Shown here in pieces: positions 48,224-59,286 of a stretch of 64,000 nt of DNA. The notes beneath the pieces were generated by a model. The model searched no databases and was not told where the DNA came from. It was given only the letters and a program-made list of their open reading frames with translations. Source of the stretch: Desulfobacterales bacterium (GTDB taxonomy: Bacteria > Desulfobacterota > Desulfobacteria > Desulfobacterales > UBA5852). The stretch covers positions 160,001 through 224,000 of the forward strand of contig CAXXVS010000002.1 of assembly GCA_963674755.2 (NCBI GenBank). The letters run 5' to 3'. Both the position numbers and the translations under genes were made by a program. Within the stretch, counting starts at the first letter, position 1. The number at the start of each line of letters is the position of its first letter.

Positions 48224-50848
48224 GTGAGACGTTTCCCCTGGTTAGTCTTTCTCCTTTTCTGGCTTGTTGTCTTGCCTTGCCGGGCGCGCAGCGAGATCCG
48301 GGTAATGGTGTTGCCCTTTGAAGTCAACGCTCTCCAGGATTTCAGCTATCTTCAAAGCGAAGTGCCTAAAATTATAGCTAAAAACTTAGCGGCGGAAGGC
48401 GCCCTGATCGTTGAAGCACCGATTCAATCCGTTTTGATGGACCCCGCCCAGATTCGGGAGATCGGTGTCGCGCATGGCGTCGATTACATCATCTGGGGCA
48501 GCCTGACATGGATCGATCAGCAGTTTAGCATCGATGTGCGTTTATTGGCGCCCTTGGAGGAGACGCCGGCCGAGACGTTTACGGCGGTCGGGCAGGGGAT
48601 TGAGACCCTTTCCGGCAAAATCGCCGAGCTGTCCCAGGAAATGAATGCCAAACTCTTCGGTTTGGAAACCGTGATCGCGGTCAAGGTCGAAGGCAACGAA
48701 CGCATCGAGACCGCCGCCATTCTTCCCAAGATCAGCACAAAAGCCGGTGATACATTCGTGCCCAAGGTCATCTCCGAAGACCTCCGAGCCGTCTACCAGC
48801 TGGGGTATTTCGATGACGTGCGTGTACGCACCGTCGATGTCAGCGGCGGCAAAGAGGTCATTTTCCAAGTCAAGGAAAAGCCCACCGTCGCAGGCGTCGG
48901 CTTCAGCGGGAATACGGTTTTCGATGACGATGAAATTCGTGAGAATATCACCCTCAAATCCGGTGCCGTTCTCAACCTGGTACGCGTTCAAACCAATGCC
49001 AACGTGATTGAAGATCTCTACAAGGATAAAAATTACCATAACGCCCAAGTCAAATACGAAATCAAAGCGATCGACAATAATCAGGTCAATGTGGAGTTCG
49101 TCATCACGGAAGGCGAGCAAATCAGTATCGAAAGCATCCAATTCATAGGCAACACGACGTTTGACGCCGATGACCTCAAAAACATCATGCGTACCAAGGA
49201 AAAGGGCTGGCTCTCCTGGTTTACGGGCTCGGGTGAGCTGGATATGGAAAAGCTGAACCAGGATGTCATTTCCATTGCCGCCTTTTACCAGGACAATGGG
49301 TTCATCAACGTCAAGGTTTCCGACCCGGCCGTGGTTTTCAAAGAGGATGAAATCGACATCACGATTAAGATCTCCGAGGGCGATCGCTACCGTCTGGGGC
49401 AAGTGGATATTCAGGGAGATCTGATCAAACCCAAGGAGACCCTGCTCAAACAATTGACGATCACCAAAGAATCCTATTTCAATCGCAGCCTGCTCGAAAA
49501 AGATGTCATTCATCTGACCGATATTTACGGAGATGAGGGCTATGCCTACGCCGGCGTGACGCCACGCACCATGCCGGATCCTAAAACCTTAACGATCGAT
49601 GTGACCTATGCGATCGAAAAACACCAGCTCGTCTATATCGACGAGATTATTATCGGCGGGAATACCACCACCCGTGATAAAGTCATTCGACGCGAGTTGA
49701 ACTTGATCGAACAGGGACTTTACAACGGAAGCGCGCTCCGGCATGGCATCCAGCGGATACAGGCGCTGGGCTTTTTCGAGGATGTCAAAGTCAACACCTT
49801 GCAAGGCGACAATCCGGATGAGATGATCGTCAAAATCGACGTCACCGAAAAACCCACGGGCGAACTGACCTTTGGCGGCGGTTTCGGCAGTGAGGATGGC
49901 CTTTTTGGTGTCATTTCGATCGATGAAAAAAATCTCTGGGGGTTGGGCCATAAAATCAAAGCGGCGGCAACGCTCGGCGGACAATCCACGCGTTTTGACC
50001 TCATTTATACGAATCCCTGGCTGTTCGATATACCCCTGACGGGCTGGATCAATCCTTACAAGTATTACAGGGAATGGGACGACTATGGATATGATCGGGA
50101 TAGTGTCGGACTCCAGACGGGGCTGAGCTATCCCATTTTGCCGCGCACCCGGCTTACGGGTACTTATCTCTTCGACGTGTCCGACATTACGATCACCAGC
50201 TACGAAAAGGCGTCCACCAATATTATCAAGCTGAGGGGGACGAACACCACGAGCAGCATTACCACCAATTTGCGCTATGATTCGCGCGATCGCAGTTTCA
50301 ACACCACCAAAGGATCGACGCATTTCATAGAGGTCGAATATGCCGGGCTGGGGGGCGATTTCGAATATACTAAGTATCGTGCGGAAACTGCCTGGTATTG
50401 GCCCCTCTTCTGGAAGCTGATTGGCATGACCCGCGCCCAGGGCGGGTATATCACGGGGGATAATATTCCTGATTACGAGTTATTCTATGTCGGTGGTATC
50501 AATACCATCCGGGGGGTCAGCATGGATGAAGTCAGTCCCCATGAAATTCCTAACGACCCGAATTCCCCCCTTGTCGGCGGCACGCGTTACGCGGTTTTCA
50601 ATGTCGAGCTGAGTTTTCCTCTCGGCGAGGAAATGGGGCTTTACGGCGTTACTTTTTATGATACCGGCAATACATGGGAAGAGGGGGAATCGGTGGATTT
50701 CGGCAATCTCGTCAGTACGGCCGGCGCCGGTTTGCGGTGGATGTCCCCCTTTGGTGCGTTGCGCCTGGAATACGGATTTGTTATTAATGCGGCCGATACG
50801 CAAGCCTCCGGAGGCAAGCTCGAATTCACCATGGGATCAACTTTCTGA
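48224..50848 (+). CDS. bamA: Outer membrane protein assembly factor BamA with extra N-terminal domain
   Basis: POTRA repeats (GN..TRDKVIRRE), IRG loop, SPFGALRLEYG, terminal F. Confidence 0.93.
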   Translation: MRRFPWLVFLLFWLVVLPCRARSEIRVMVLPFEVNALQDFSYLQSEVPKIIAKNLAAEGALIVEAPIQSVLMDPAQIREIGVAHGVDYIIWGSLTWIDQQFSIDVRLLAPLEETPAETFTAVGQGIETLSGKIAELSQEMNAKLFGLETVIAVKVEGNERIETAAILPKISTKAGDTFVPKVISEDLRAVYQLGYFDDVRVRTVDVSGGKEVIFQVKEKPTVAGVGFSGNTVFDDDEIRENITLKSGAVLNLVRVQTNANVIEDLYKDKNYHNAQVKYEIKAIDNNQVNVEFVITEGEQISIESIQFIGNTTFDADDLKNIMRTKEKGWLSWFTGSGELDMEKLNQDVISIAAFYQDNGFINVKVSDPAVVFKEDEIDITIKISEGDRYRLGQVDIQGDLIKPKETLLKQLTITKESYFNRSLLEKDVIHLTDIYGDEGYAYAGVTPRTMPDPKTLTIDVTYAIEKHQLVYIDEIIIGGNTTTRDKVIRRELNLIEQGLYNGSALRHGIQRIQALGFFEDVKVNTLQGDNPDEMIVKIDVTEKPTGELTFGGGFGSEDGLFGVISIDEKNLWGLGHKIKAAATLGGQSTRFDLIYTNPWLFDIPLTGWINPYKYYREWDDYGYDRDSVGLQTGLSYPILPRTRLTGTYLFDVSDITITSYEKASTNIIKLRGTNTTSSITTNLRYDSRDRSFNTTKGSTHFIEVEYAGLGGDFEYTKYRAETAWYWPLFWKLIGMTRAQGGYITGDNIPDYELFYVGGINTIRGVSMDEVSPHEIPNDPNSPLVGGTRYAVFNVELSFPLGEEMGLYGVTFYDTGNTWEEGESVDFGNLVSTAGAGLRWMSPFGALRLEYGFVINAADTQASGGKLEFTMGSTF

Positions 50849-50949
50849 CCCGAGGCCGGGCGGCTGAACGGCCGGGCTTACGATGGCACCGATGCAAGCC
50901 CATACACCACGCTGTCAATGATCGTAACAAGAGGAAAAGAGAGGCACTA

Positions 50950-51483
50950 ATGCAATTGAACAAACCGGTTCATATCGTTTTGATGATGCTCGTCCTAGGA
51001 ATAGCATTCAACGTACAGGCCGCCGAGTTGAAAATCGGGCTGGTCGATTTCCAACTCGTGGTCGAAAAATCGAAACCAGGGCAGCGCGTGGAAGCCGATC
51101 TGAAAAAAGAGGGCGCACGCATGGAGGCGGAACTCAAGAAGGACAAAGAAGAACTCCAAGCCCTGAAGGACAAGATGGAACGGGAAGCCATGGTGATGAG
51201 CCGTGAAGCCCGTGAAGAAAAAGAAATTGAATTCCGCGTCAAGGCCAGGAATCTGCAAGAAAAAGACCAGCGCTACCGGCAGGAGTTCGTTGGCAAGCAG
51301 CGCCAGGAAATCGACAACCTGCGCAAAGTCGTTCTTGAAATCGCTCAGGAAATTGGTAAAAAAGAAGGCTTTACCATGATTGTCAGCAAAGTCGGCGTGC
51401 TCTATAACGATCCGTCGATCGATTTGACGGACAAAGTAGTTCAATTATTGAACAAACGTTTGGCCGGTAAAGGCGCCCAATAG
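50950..51483 (+). CDS. skp: OmpH/Skp periplasmic chaperone
   Basis: Signal peptide, KIGLVD, coiled coil, DLTDKV; synteny. Confidence 0.9.
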   Translation: MQLNKPVHIVLMMLVLGIAFNVQAAELKIGLVDFQLVVEKSKPGQRVEADLKKEGARMEAELKKDKEELQALKDKMEREAMVMSREAREEKEIEFRVKARNLQEKDQRYRQEFVGKQRQEIDNLRKVVLEIAQEIGKKEGFTMIVSKVGVLYNDPSIDLTDKVVQLLNKRLAGKGAQ

Positions 51484-51574
51484 ATATTGCCCATCGATGT
51501 GTTAGCAAAATGCTATCCCGCGGCAGGCCTGCCGCGGCAATATCGATGAGCGGTATCCCGGGAGACGATTCGCA

Positions 51575-52603
51575 ATGGAAAAAACACTGGGCGAATTGGC
51601 GGACTATGTCGGGGGGCGTGTCTGCGGCAACCGCGACCAGTTGATCACCGCCGTGACACCTTTTGAAGAAGCTGACCGGCAAGCCATCACGCTGGCGCGG
51701 ACGGCCAAATACCTGGACCGCATCGATCGCATCCAGGCGGGAGCGATCATTGTCCCGGAAGGGTTTACCAAAGGCGATCTCAACCTGTTGCAAGCGCCGA
51801 ATCCTTACGCCGCCTTCGCGCGTATTCTGGCCCTCTTTCATCCCGCCGAAGCGCTGCCCGACGGCATCCACCCGTCGGTCATTGTGGGTGCGCACAGCGC
51901 ATGCGGGCCAGACGCCGCCATCGGTCCGATGACCGTTATCGGCGAGAATGTTCGGATCGGACGGCGGGCTTGCATTTATCCCGGTGTCGTCATCGGGAAC
52001 GGTGTCACCATTGGTGATGATGTGCGGCTCTATCCCAATGTGGCGATCCTGGCCAACTGTCGTCTGGGAGACCGTGTGACGATTCAGGCCGGATCGGTTA
52101 TCGGCAGCGATGGATTTGGCTTCGCACCGGATGGCGAAGTGTACCGCAAAATTCCCCATACCGGTATCGTCCAGATTGACGATGACGTTGAAATCGGGGC
52201 CGGCAACACGATCGATCGCGGCACTTTCGGTAAGACACACATCAAAAGCGGGGTCAAGACCGATAATCTCGTCCATGTGGCCCACAACGTGACGGTTGGC
52301 GAGAACACGATTTTGGTCGCCCAGGTCGGCATTTCCGGCAGCACGACGATCGGCCGCCATGTTGTACTGGCCGGTCAGGTGGGGGTTGCCGGCCATATCC
52401 ATATCGGTGATCACGTGATGGTCGGTGCGCAATCCGGCATCGCCAACGACGTGCCGGCCGGGGAGATCCTTTCCGGGTCGGCGGCCATGCCGCACAAGAC
52501 ATGGCTCAAAGTGCAGCGCATTTTGCCCCGTCTGCCGGGATTAAAGAAGCAGGTGTCGGACTTGGAGAAGCGGCTTCGCCGACTGGAAGAAGGCGGACCG
52601 TAA
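51575..52603 (+). CDS. lpxD: UDP-3-O-acylglucosamine N-acyltransferase
   Basis: Hexapeptide repeats, GSDGFGF, IDRG, DNLVHVAHN. Confidence 0.95.
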   Translation: MEKTLGELADYVGGRVCGNRDQLITAVTPFEEADRQAITLARTAKYLDRIDRIQAGAIIVPEGFTKGDLNLLQAPNPYAAFARILALFHPAEALPDGIHPSVIVGAHSACGPDAAIGPMTVIGENVRIGRRACIYPGVVIGNGVTIGDDVRLYPNVAILANCRLGDRVTIQAGSVIGSDGFGFAPDGEVYRKIPHTGIVQIDDDVEIGAGNTIDRGTFGKTHIKSGVKTDNLVHVAHNVTVGENTILVAQVGISGSTTIGRHVVLAGQVGVAGHIHIGDHVMVGAQSGIANDVPAGEILSGSAAMPHKTWLKVQRILPRLPGLKKQVSDLEKRLRRLEEGGP

Positions 52604-52697
52604 TCTTCTCCATGGAGAGACCCATCAATGCGCCGGGGTCGTTGGTCCGACGGGGATCATTCGAGATGACAAGGAGTGGCGTGGGGGGAACAAACCT

Positions 52698-53144
52698 ATG
52701 GATGTCGTCTACCAAATCAAAGAGATCATGAAACATCTGCCCCACCGCTATCCCTTTGTCATGGTGGACCGGGTCGTATGTTTGGAGCCCGGAGAGCGCA
52801 TCGTGACGCTTAAAAACGTTACGATCAATGAGCCCTTTTTCCAAGGCCATTTCCCGGGGAATCCCATTATGCCTGGCGTCTTGATTCTTGAGGCCATGGC
52901 GCAGTCCGCCGGTGTCCTGACGTTCGAATCCCTACCGCCTGAAAAGCGCAATATTCTTGTTTATTTCATGGGGATCGACCATGCGCGGTTTCGTAGAATG
53001 GTTGTGCCGGGCGATCAATTGATCATGGAAATACAACTCAAAAAGTTGAAGACGAAAGCTGTCAAAGCCACGGGTCAAGCCCGCGTGGACGGCAATTTAG
53101 TCGCCGAGGCGGAATTGATGGCATCGATTGGAGAGAAAGAATGA
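52698..53144 (+). CDS. fabZ: 3-hydroxyacyl-ACP dehydratase
   Basis: LPHRYPF, FFQGHFP, PGVLILEAMAQ. Confidence 0.95.
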   Translation: MDVVYQIKEIMKHLPHRYPFVMVDRVVCLEPGERIVTLKNVTINEPFFQGHFPGNPIMPGVLILEAMAQSAGVLTFESLPPEKRNILVYFMGIDHARFRRMVVPGDQLIMEIQLKKLKTKAVKATGQARVDGNLVAEAELMASIGEKE

Positions 53145-53911
53145 TTCATCCCACGGCGCTTGTGAGCCCCAAGGCCGAAATCGGAAAGGAGGTCGAAATC
53201 GGCCCTTATACGATCATCGGCGATCAGGTGATCATCCGATCCGGCACGGTGATCGGGTCCCATGTCACGATAGACCCTTTCGTGGAAATCGGACCGGAAT
53301 GCCATATTTTCCAGTTCGCCTCGATTGGGGCCCTGCCCCAGGCAATTAAGTTTCAGGGCGAGGAGACCCATGTCAAAATAGGCCGTAAAACGATTATTCG
53401 CGAGTTCACCACCATCAATCGGGGAACCGGTTTCGGCGGCGGCATCACCGAAGTCGGTGAAGAAAATCTGCTGATGGCCTATACCCACGTGGCCCACGAT
53501 TGCAAGACCGGACGAGGGGTTATCTTGGCCAACAACGCCACCCTGGCGGGACATATTACCATTGAAGACTATGTCACCATCGGTGGATTGACGGCGCTGC
53601 ATCAATTCGTTCGTGTCGGCAAACATGCCTATATCGGCGGCAAATCCGCCGTGGTCAAGGATGTCCCGCCCTATGTGATTGCGGCCGGCGACCGCGCCAA
53701 GCTGCATGGCCTGAACCGTGTGGGGTTGAAACGCTCGGGTTTTTCAGATGACGCCTTGGCGGCTTTGAAAAAGACCTATCGACTCATCTTTCGCATCGGC
53801 CTGACCCTCAATGAAGCCATTGCGCGGGTGCGTGCAGAGGTCGATCAGACGCCAGAAGTCGACTATTTCCTGTCCTTTATCCAAGCCTCTGAGCGGGGAA
53901 TGACGAGGTAA
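53141..53911 (+). CDS. lpxA: Acyl-ACP--UDP-GlcNAc acyltransferase
   Basis: IHPTA, IREF.TINRGT, HVAHDC, HQFVRVG, KDVPPY, GLNRVGL. Confidence 0.95.
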   Translation: MIHPTALVSPKAEIGKEVEIGPYTIIGDQVIIRSGTVIGSHVTIDPFVEIGPECHIFQFASIGALPQAIKFQGEETHVKIGRKTIIREFTTINRGTGFGGGITEVGEENLLMAYTHVAHDCKTGRGVILANNATLAGHITIEDYVTIGGLTALHQFVRVGKHAYIGGKSAVVKDVPPYVIAAGDRAKLHGLNRVGLKRSGFSDDALAALKKTYRLIFRIGLTLNEAIARVRAEVDQTPEVDYFLSFIQASERGMTR

Positions 53912-54034
53912 ATTCGCAGCAGTGCCCCCATCTCGCAGCTGACAGGTATCACAACTTGCCGGAACGCATAATAAATCGGGAGGGCCGCATCGGACAAACA
54001 AGGGTATCTCTGCGACCGCGAAAGAACACAGTCT

Positions 54035-55012
54035 ATGCCAGCAAATGATTGCTTGAAGACCATCCGCGTCGGGGTCATTGGTGCCGGATATCTGGGCCGC
54101 TATCATGCTGAAAAATATCATGGCATGGAAGCTGCGGACCTCGTCGGTATTGTCGACATTGATGCCGACCGGGCAAAGAATATTGCAGCCCGATGCCAGA
54201 CGACGGCTTTTACCGATTTCAGAGATCTGATCGGCAAGGTTGATGCTGTCAGCATCGTGACGCCGACCCCCCTCCATTTTGAAATCGGAAAAACAATGCT
54301 GGAGGCTGGGATTCATGTCTTGATCGAAAAGCCGATAACCACCGTGCTGGAAGAAGCGCATGCCCTTATCAATATAGCCGAAGCCAGGGGGCTGGTCTTG
54401 CAGGTGGGCCACTTGGAGCGATTCAATCCGGCCGTGATAGCCGTTCAGGATATTGTCAAGAAGCCCATGTTTATCGAATCCCACCGCCTGAGCATCTACC
54501 AGGGGCGTTCCACGGATGTCAGTGTCGTGCTGGACTTGATGATTCATGACATCGATATCATTCTTCATTTCGTAGGATCTGACATTGAGAGCATACACGC
54601 CTCCGGAGCCGCGGTGGTATCGGAGCATTGCGATATCGCCAACGCCCGAATCGCTTTCCAAACGGGGTGTGTGGCCAATATCACCGCAAGCCGGATATCC
54701 ACCAAAAGCCAGCGCAAAATCCGTTTGTTTCAGAAAAGCGCTTACATCGCTGTGGATTTCGCCAAACGTGAAATCATGCACATTCAACAAACCAACGTGC
54801 CGAATGATGCCTTGATTCCGGGCATGGAAGTCCATCAGTCATGCTTTCCGGAAGGGGACGCCCTGGAAAGCGAATTGCGTTCCTACGTATCGGCGGTAGC
54901 CGCTTGTCGTCAACCGGTGGTGACGGGGCGCATGGGGTATCAGGCCCTTGACGTGGCCCTCAATGTAATGGCTCAGATCGATGAAGCCACCCGCCGTTTT
55001 AGTGAGCAGTAG
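54035..55012 (+). CDS. Gfo/Idh/MocA oxidoreductase, GnnA-like
   Basis: GAGYLG, EKP, VGHLERFNP, DLMIHDID; located between lpxA and lpxB. Confidence 0.8.
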   Translation: MPANDCLKTIRVGVIGAGYLGRYHAEKYHGMEAADLVGIVDIDADRAKNIAARCQTTAFTDFRDLIGKVDAVSIVTPTPLHFEIGKTMLEAGIHVLIEKPITTVLEEAHALINIAEARGLVLQVGHLERFNPAVIAVQDIVKKPMFIESHRLSIYQGRSTDVSVVLDLMIHDIDIILHFVGSDIESIHASGAAVVSEHCDIANARIAFQTGCVANITASRISTKSQRKIRLFQKSAYIAVDFAKREIMHIQQTNVPNDALIPGMEVHQSCFPEGDALESELRSYVSAVAACRQPVVTGRMGYQALDVALNVMAQIDEATRRFSEQ

Positions 55013-55013
55013 G

Positions 55014-56189
55014 ATGCAAGCACCTCCCAAAGTGATGATTGTTGCGGGGGAGGCTTCGGGTGACATGCACGGGGCCAAATTGGCGGAAGCATTAGTCGCG
55101 CGGAATCGCGGAGTGGATCTTTTCGGGATCGGCGGCCACCGGATGCGTTCGGCCGGTGTGCGCATTGACGTCGATGCCCATCGCCTGGCGGTCGTGGGCA
55201 TTACTGAAGTCATCACCAAACTGCCCCGGATTCTCGATGGAATGCGGACGGCTAAACGACTGATCACCGAACGCAGGCCGGATCTTCTCATCCTGATCGA
55301 TTTTCCTGATTTCAATCTCCATTTGGCGGGTTTTGCTCAAAAACACGGTGTTCCGGTATTATATTACATCAGTCCCCAAATTTGGGCGTGGCGACAGGGA
55401 CGCGTCCGCAAGATTCGGCGAATTGTCGATCATATGGCTGTCATTCTGCCTTTCGAAGAAGCCTTCTACCGGCGCCACGGAGTGCCGGTGACCTTCGTGG
55501 GGCATCCGCTAATGGATCAATACCATGAGCTGAACCGACGCCCTTCGCACTCCGACAGCAACGGCGCCCCCGCCATCGGGCTGATGCCGGGGTCACGGGA
55601 CAGTGAAGTGCGGAAACTGTTGCCGTTGATGCTTGCCGCCGCCCGCCTGATCGAACGGCAAAAGCGCATGCGGTTTCTCCTGTCCCAAGCGCCGAGCGTT
55701 ACGCCAAACCTTTTGCAGCGTCTGATGGATGACGCCGATGTCGATGTGACCCTCTTCAAAGGGAATACCGAACGCCTGCTTGAACAAGTGCACCTTGTAA
55801 TCGTCGCTTCCGGCACAAGCACTCTCGAAGCGGCCCTCCATGAAACGCCCATGATCATCATCTACAAGGTGTCGCCGCTGAGCTACCAGCTGGGTAAGGC
55901 GCTTATTCGAGTGCCGCACATTGGTCTGGTGAATCTCATCGCCGGTAAACGGGTTGTACCGGAACTTATACAGCAGGAGGCTTCGCCGGAGGCGATTGCC
56001 GGTCAGGCGCTCACTCTTTTGGACGACTCCGTTCGCCAGAAGGCGATGAAAACCGAGCTTGCCGAAGCGGCCCGTCACCTGGGTACCGCCGGTGCCTCGG
56101 ATAAGGTGGCCGGCATCGCCTACGATCTGCTTGCGCGGTCGTTCGGCCGACCTCGTATTTCGCGTATAAAGGATTCACATGAAGGTTAA
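55014..56189 (+). CDS. lpxB: Lipid-A-disaccharide synthase
   Basis: AGEASGD, IDFPDFN, SPQIWAWR, PGSR, ASGT, PELIQ. Confidence 0.95.
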   Translation: MQAPPKVMIVAGEASGDMHGAKLAEALVARNRGVDLFGIGGHRMRSAGVRIDVDAHRLAVVGITEVITKLPRILDGMRTAKRLITERRPDLLILIDFPDFNLHLAGFAQKHGVPVLYYISPQIWAWRQGRVRKIRRIVDHMAVILPFEEAFYRRHGVPVTFVGHPLMDQYHELNRRPSHSDSNGAPAIGLMPGSRDSEVRKLLPLMLAAARLIERQKRMRFLLSQAPSVTPNLLQRLMDDADVDVTLFKGNTERLLEQVHLVIVASGTSTLEAALHETPMIIIYKVSPLSYQLGKALIRVPHIGLVNLIAGKRVVPELIQQEASPEAIAGQALTLLDDSVRQKAMKTELAEAARHLGTAGASDKVAGIAYDLLARSFGRPRISRIKDSHEG

Positions 56190-57945
56190 ATTGAAATTCG
56201 AACTCAGGCCGCGGCATCATAGCCTGTTGACGATGATCAAACCCCACTGGCCAGTCCTCTCGCTGGCGGGTGTCTGCATGCTGATCATGGCGGGCGGAGA
56301 GGCCGCCACCGCCTGGTTGATGAAGCCCGCTGTGGATGACGTCATTATCAACCGCGATCAACAAATGTTGATCCTGATTCCCATCGTCATCCTGATCGTC
56401 TACCTTGTTAAGGGAACGGCCATGTACTTCCAGGGCTTTCTCATGAACCGGGTGGGGCGCATGATCATCCGCGAGTTCCGGGACAAGCTCTATGACCATA
56501 TCCATGATCTGCCGCTGTCCTTTTTCCACAGCGAAAAAACAGGAACCCTCATGTCCCGCATCATCTATGATGTCATGATTGTCAAAACAATGGTTTCGAC
56601 GGCGATTACGGGATCATTGCGAGACGCCTGTTCAGTTGTGGCTTTGACAGTGACGACTTTTATGCTGGACTGGAAGATGGCCTGCTTTACTTTTTTGGTT
56701 TTGCCAGCGGCCTTCTATCCCATCCATGCCTTCGGCCGGCGCATACGTAAAATCAGCACTCGCGGACAGGTGGCCATGGCCGATCTGAGTACTTTTCTAC
56801 ACGAAACTTTCGCGGGCGCCAAAATCATCAAAGCTTTCTGTATGGAGAATCACGAAAAAAAGCGCTTTTTTAAAAAGACGGCCAAATTGTTCGATATCGA
56901 GATGAAGGAAGTGAAAGTCGATGAGTTGTCTTCACCGGTCATGGAGCTTATCGGGGGGATTGGCATTGCCGTGGGTATTTACTATGGAGGGTACCGGATT
57001 TTTCATGATACATTATCTCCCGGAACCTTTTTTGCCTTTATTTCGGCTACGGTGATGCTCTACCAGCCGGTGCGCAAACTCAGTAAACTGAACATCAATA
57101 TCCAGCGCGGACTGGCGGCTACGGACCGGATCTACGATATCCTGGAACGTAAGTCCGAAATCGCTGAAAGCGACCATCCGGTGGAACTCCCGCCAGGCCC
57201 GCATCGGGTGGTGTTTGATCAAGTCTGTTTCCGCTATGATCAAGAGAACCCCGGCGCCGATCTGATTCTGGACAATGTCAGCTTCAGCGCCAGTCCTGGA
57301 GAGGTCGTAGCCCTGGTAGGCATGAGCGGCGGCGGTAAAACGACGCTGATCAACCTGTTGCCGCGGTTCTATGACACCACCAGTGGTGCGATCCGCATTG
57401 ACGGCATCAATATCAAGGATGCATCCATCGCCTCCCTCAGACGCCACATTGCCATTGTCACCCAGGAGCCGATTCTTTTCAACGAATCGGTTCACGACAA
57501 TATCGCCTACGGCAATCCGGAGGCTTCCGAAGAGGCGATCGAGCAGGCCGCCCGGGACGCCTTCGCCCATGATTTCATTAAGAACTTCCCCAACGGCTAC
57601 AGGACACCCATCGGAGAGTTGGGCAGTCGCTTGTCCGGCGGGGAGAAACAGCGGATCTGCATTGCTCGCGCCATGCTGAAAGACGCACCCATCCTCATTC
57701 TGGACGAGGCTACTTCAGCGCTGGATTCGGAAGCGGAGATCGTCGTCCAGAAAGCTCTTGAGAACCTGATGAAAGGGCGCACAACATTTGTCATTGCGCA
57801 TCGGTTATCGACCATTACCCATGCGGACCGCATCCTCGTGCTGGTCAATGGGCGCATCGTCGAAGAGGGTACCCATACCGATTTGGTGACGTGTGGGGGG
57901 GCCTATTGCAAGCTCTATCAGATGCAGTTCGGTCAAAAGAATTGA
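56179..57945 (+). CDS. msbA: Lipid A flippase ABC transporter
   Basis: TMD plus GMSGGGKT, LSGGEKQR, DEATSALD; lipid A operon context. Confidence 0.88.
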   Translation: MKVKLKFELRPRHHSLLTMIKPHWPVLSLAGVCMLIMAGGEAATAWLMKPAVDDVIINRDQQMLILIPIVILIVYLVKGTAMYFQGFLMNRVGRMIIREFRDKLYDHIHDLPLSFFHSEKTGTLMSRIIYDVMIVKTMVSTAITGSLRDACSVVALTVTTFMLDWKMACFTFLVLPAAFYPIHAFGRRIRKISTRGQVAMADLSTFLHETFAGAKIIKAFCMENHEKKRFFKKTAKLFDIEMKEVKVDELSSPVMELIGGIGIAVGIYYGGYRIFHDTLSPGTFFAFISATVMLYQPVRKLSKLNINIQRGLAATDRIYDILERKSEIAESDHPVELPPGPHRVVFDQVCFRYDQENPGADLILDNVSFSASPGEVVALVGMSGGGKTTLINLLPRFYDTTSGAIRIDGINIKDASIASLRRHIAIVTQEPILFNESVHDNIAYGNPEASEEAIEQAARDAFAHDFIKNFPNGYRTPIGELGSRLSGGEKQRICIARAMLKDAPILILDEATSALDSEAEIVVQKALENLMKGRTTFVIAHRLSTITHADRILVLVNGRIVEEGTHTDLVTCGGAYCKLYQMQFGQKN

Positions 57946-58052
57946 GACTTGATGGCGGGGCAAAGCAAATTACCGAACGAGATGCCAATTTGGGCCGCGA
58001 CCGATGCAATACCAATAGACCATAGGGTCACCTGGTCTGTTCCCATATTCTG

Positions 58053-59246
58053 ATGCTGATTCTTCATCGCTATATTTTGAGAAGTTTGATTCCGCCCCTG
58101 CTGGTCAATCTGCTCTTTCTTACCTCGATTTTTCTGATGACCAGGATGCTCCAGATCACCAACCTGATTGTTAACTACAATGTCAGCCTGGCCAGCATCG
58201 GCCTCATCCTGCTCTTTTCCATTCCCCATTTTCTGGTTTTCGTTCTGCCCATGTCCGTCATGCTGGGTATTTTACTGACCCTGATGCGAATGTCTGCGGA
58301 CAATGAAATTATCGCCCTGAAATCCGGCGGCGTCAGCCTCTATCGGTTGCTGCCGCCCATTTTCATACTTGCCATGACCGGTTTTCTGGCAACGCTTTTC
58401 ATGACGGTGTATGGCATGCCGCAAAGCAAAGCGGCCATCGCCCGGATGACCTACGCCATGTTGGCATCGAATACCGACGTCGGGCTCAAGGCGCGCACCT
58501 TCAATACCCGTTTCAAAGGGGTCACGCTTTATGTCAATGAGGTGGACCTCCATGACCGGACGATGAAGGATGTTTTTATTGAAGATCGCCGCAATCCTAA
58601 AGCCGTCAGTACGATCGTGGCACCCCGAGGGCGTTTTATCAAGGATGCCAAAGGGCGCTCCGTTCGGCTGCGCCTGTTCAACGGCATGATCAACCAGATT
58701 TCAAGAGAGAAGCGGACGGCCAATACGATTTACTTTTCGACGTATGATATCAATCTCGACCTGCGGCAACTTACCCGTGGGAAGGACATGGCCGAAAAGG
58801 ATGTGGATGCGATGGGGCTTGCGGAGTTGCTCCGGCATGTTCAATCCGTCCGAATGTCGCCCGAAGATTATCACAAAGCCTTGATCACCCTGCATGAAAA
58901 ATTTTCCATCCCGGCGGCGTGCCTGGCATTGGCCGTCCTGGCGATTCCTTTGGGCATCGAGCTGAAATCCTCCCGGCGTTCGGCCGGGTTGGGGATGGGG
59001 TTGTTCATTTTTATCGTCTACTATGTCTTGATGACGGCGGGGCGCGTATTGGGGGAAATTGGTATCATTCCCCCCGCCATAGGCCTTTGGGCACCGAATG
59101 TGATTGTCGGTGCCGGGGGCGTGGTCATGTTGATCCGCGCTGCCAATGAAAAGCCCACGTATCTCATCCCGTTCATCCGGTCTCTGGGAAGCTGGATCCG
59201 GCAGCATGCCACGGTGTGGCTGCGTCGACTGGCGCGTCGGAGATGA
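58053..59246 (+). CDS. lptF: LPS export permease LptF
   Basis: RMSADNEIIALKSGG; YjgP/Q architecture. Confidence 0.88.
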   Translation: MLILHRYILRSLIPPLLVNLLFLTSIFLMTRMLQITNLIVNYNVSLASIGLILLFSIPHFLVFVLPMSVMLGILLTLMRMSADNEIIALKSGGVSLYRLLPPIFILAMTGFLATLFMTVYGMPQSKAAIARMTYAMLASNTDVGLKARTFNTRFKGVTLYVNEVDLHDRTMKDVFIEDRRNPKAVSTIVAPRGRFIKDAKGRSVRLRLFNGMINQISREKRTANTIYFSTYDINLDLRQLTRGKDMAEKDVDAMGLAELLRHVQSVRMSPEDYHKALITLHEKFSIPAACLALAVLAIPLGIELKSSRRSAGLGMGLFIFIVYYVLMTAGRVLGEIGIIPPAIGLWAPNVIVGAGGVVMLIRAANEKPTYLIPFIRSLGSWIRQHATVWLRRLARRR

Positions 59247-59286
59247 AGCGGCGCAGATGCCGCGCGGAAGGCCGAAAGTCCATACG

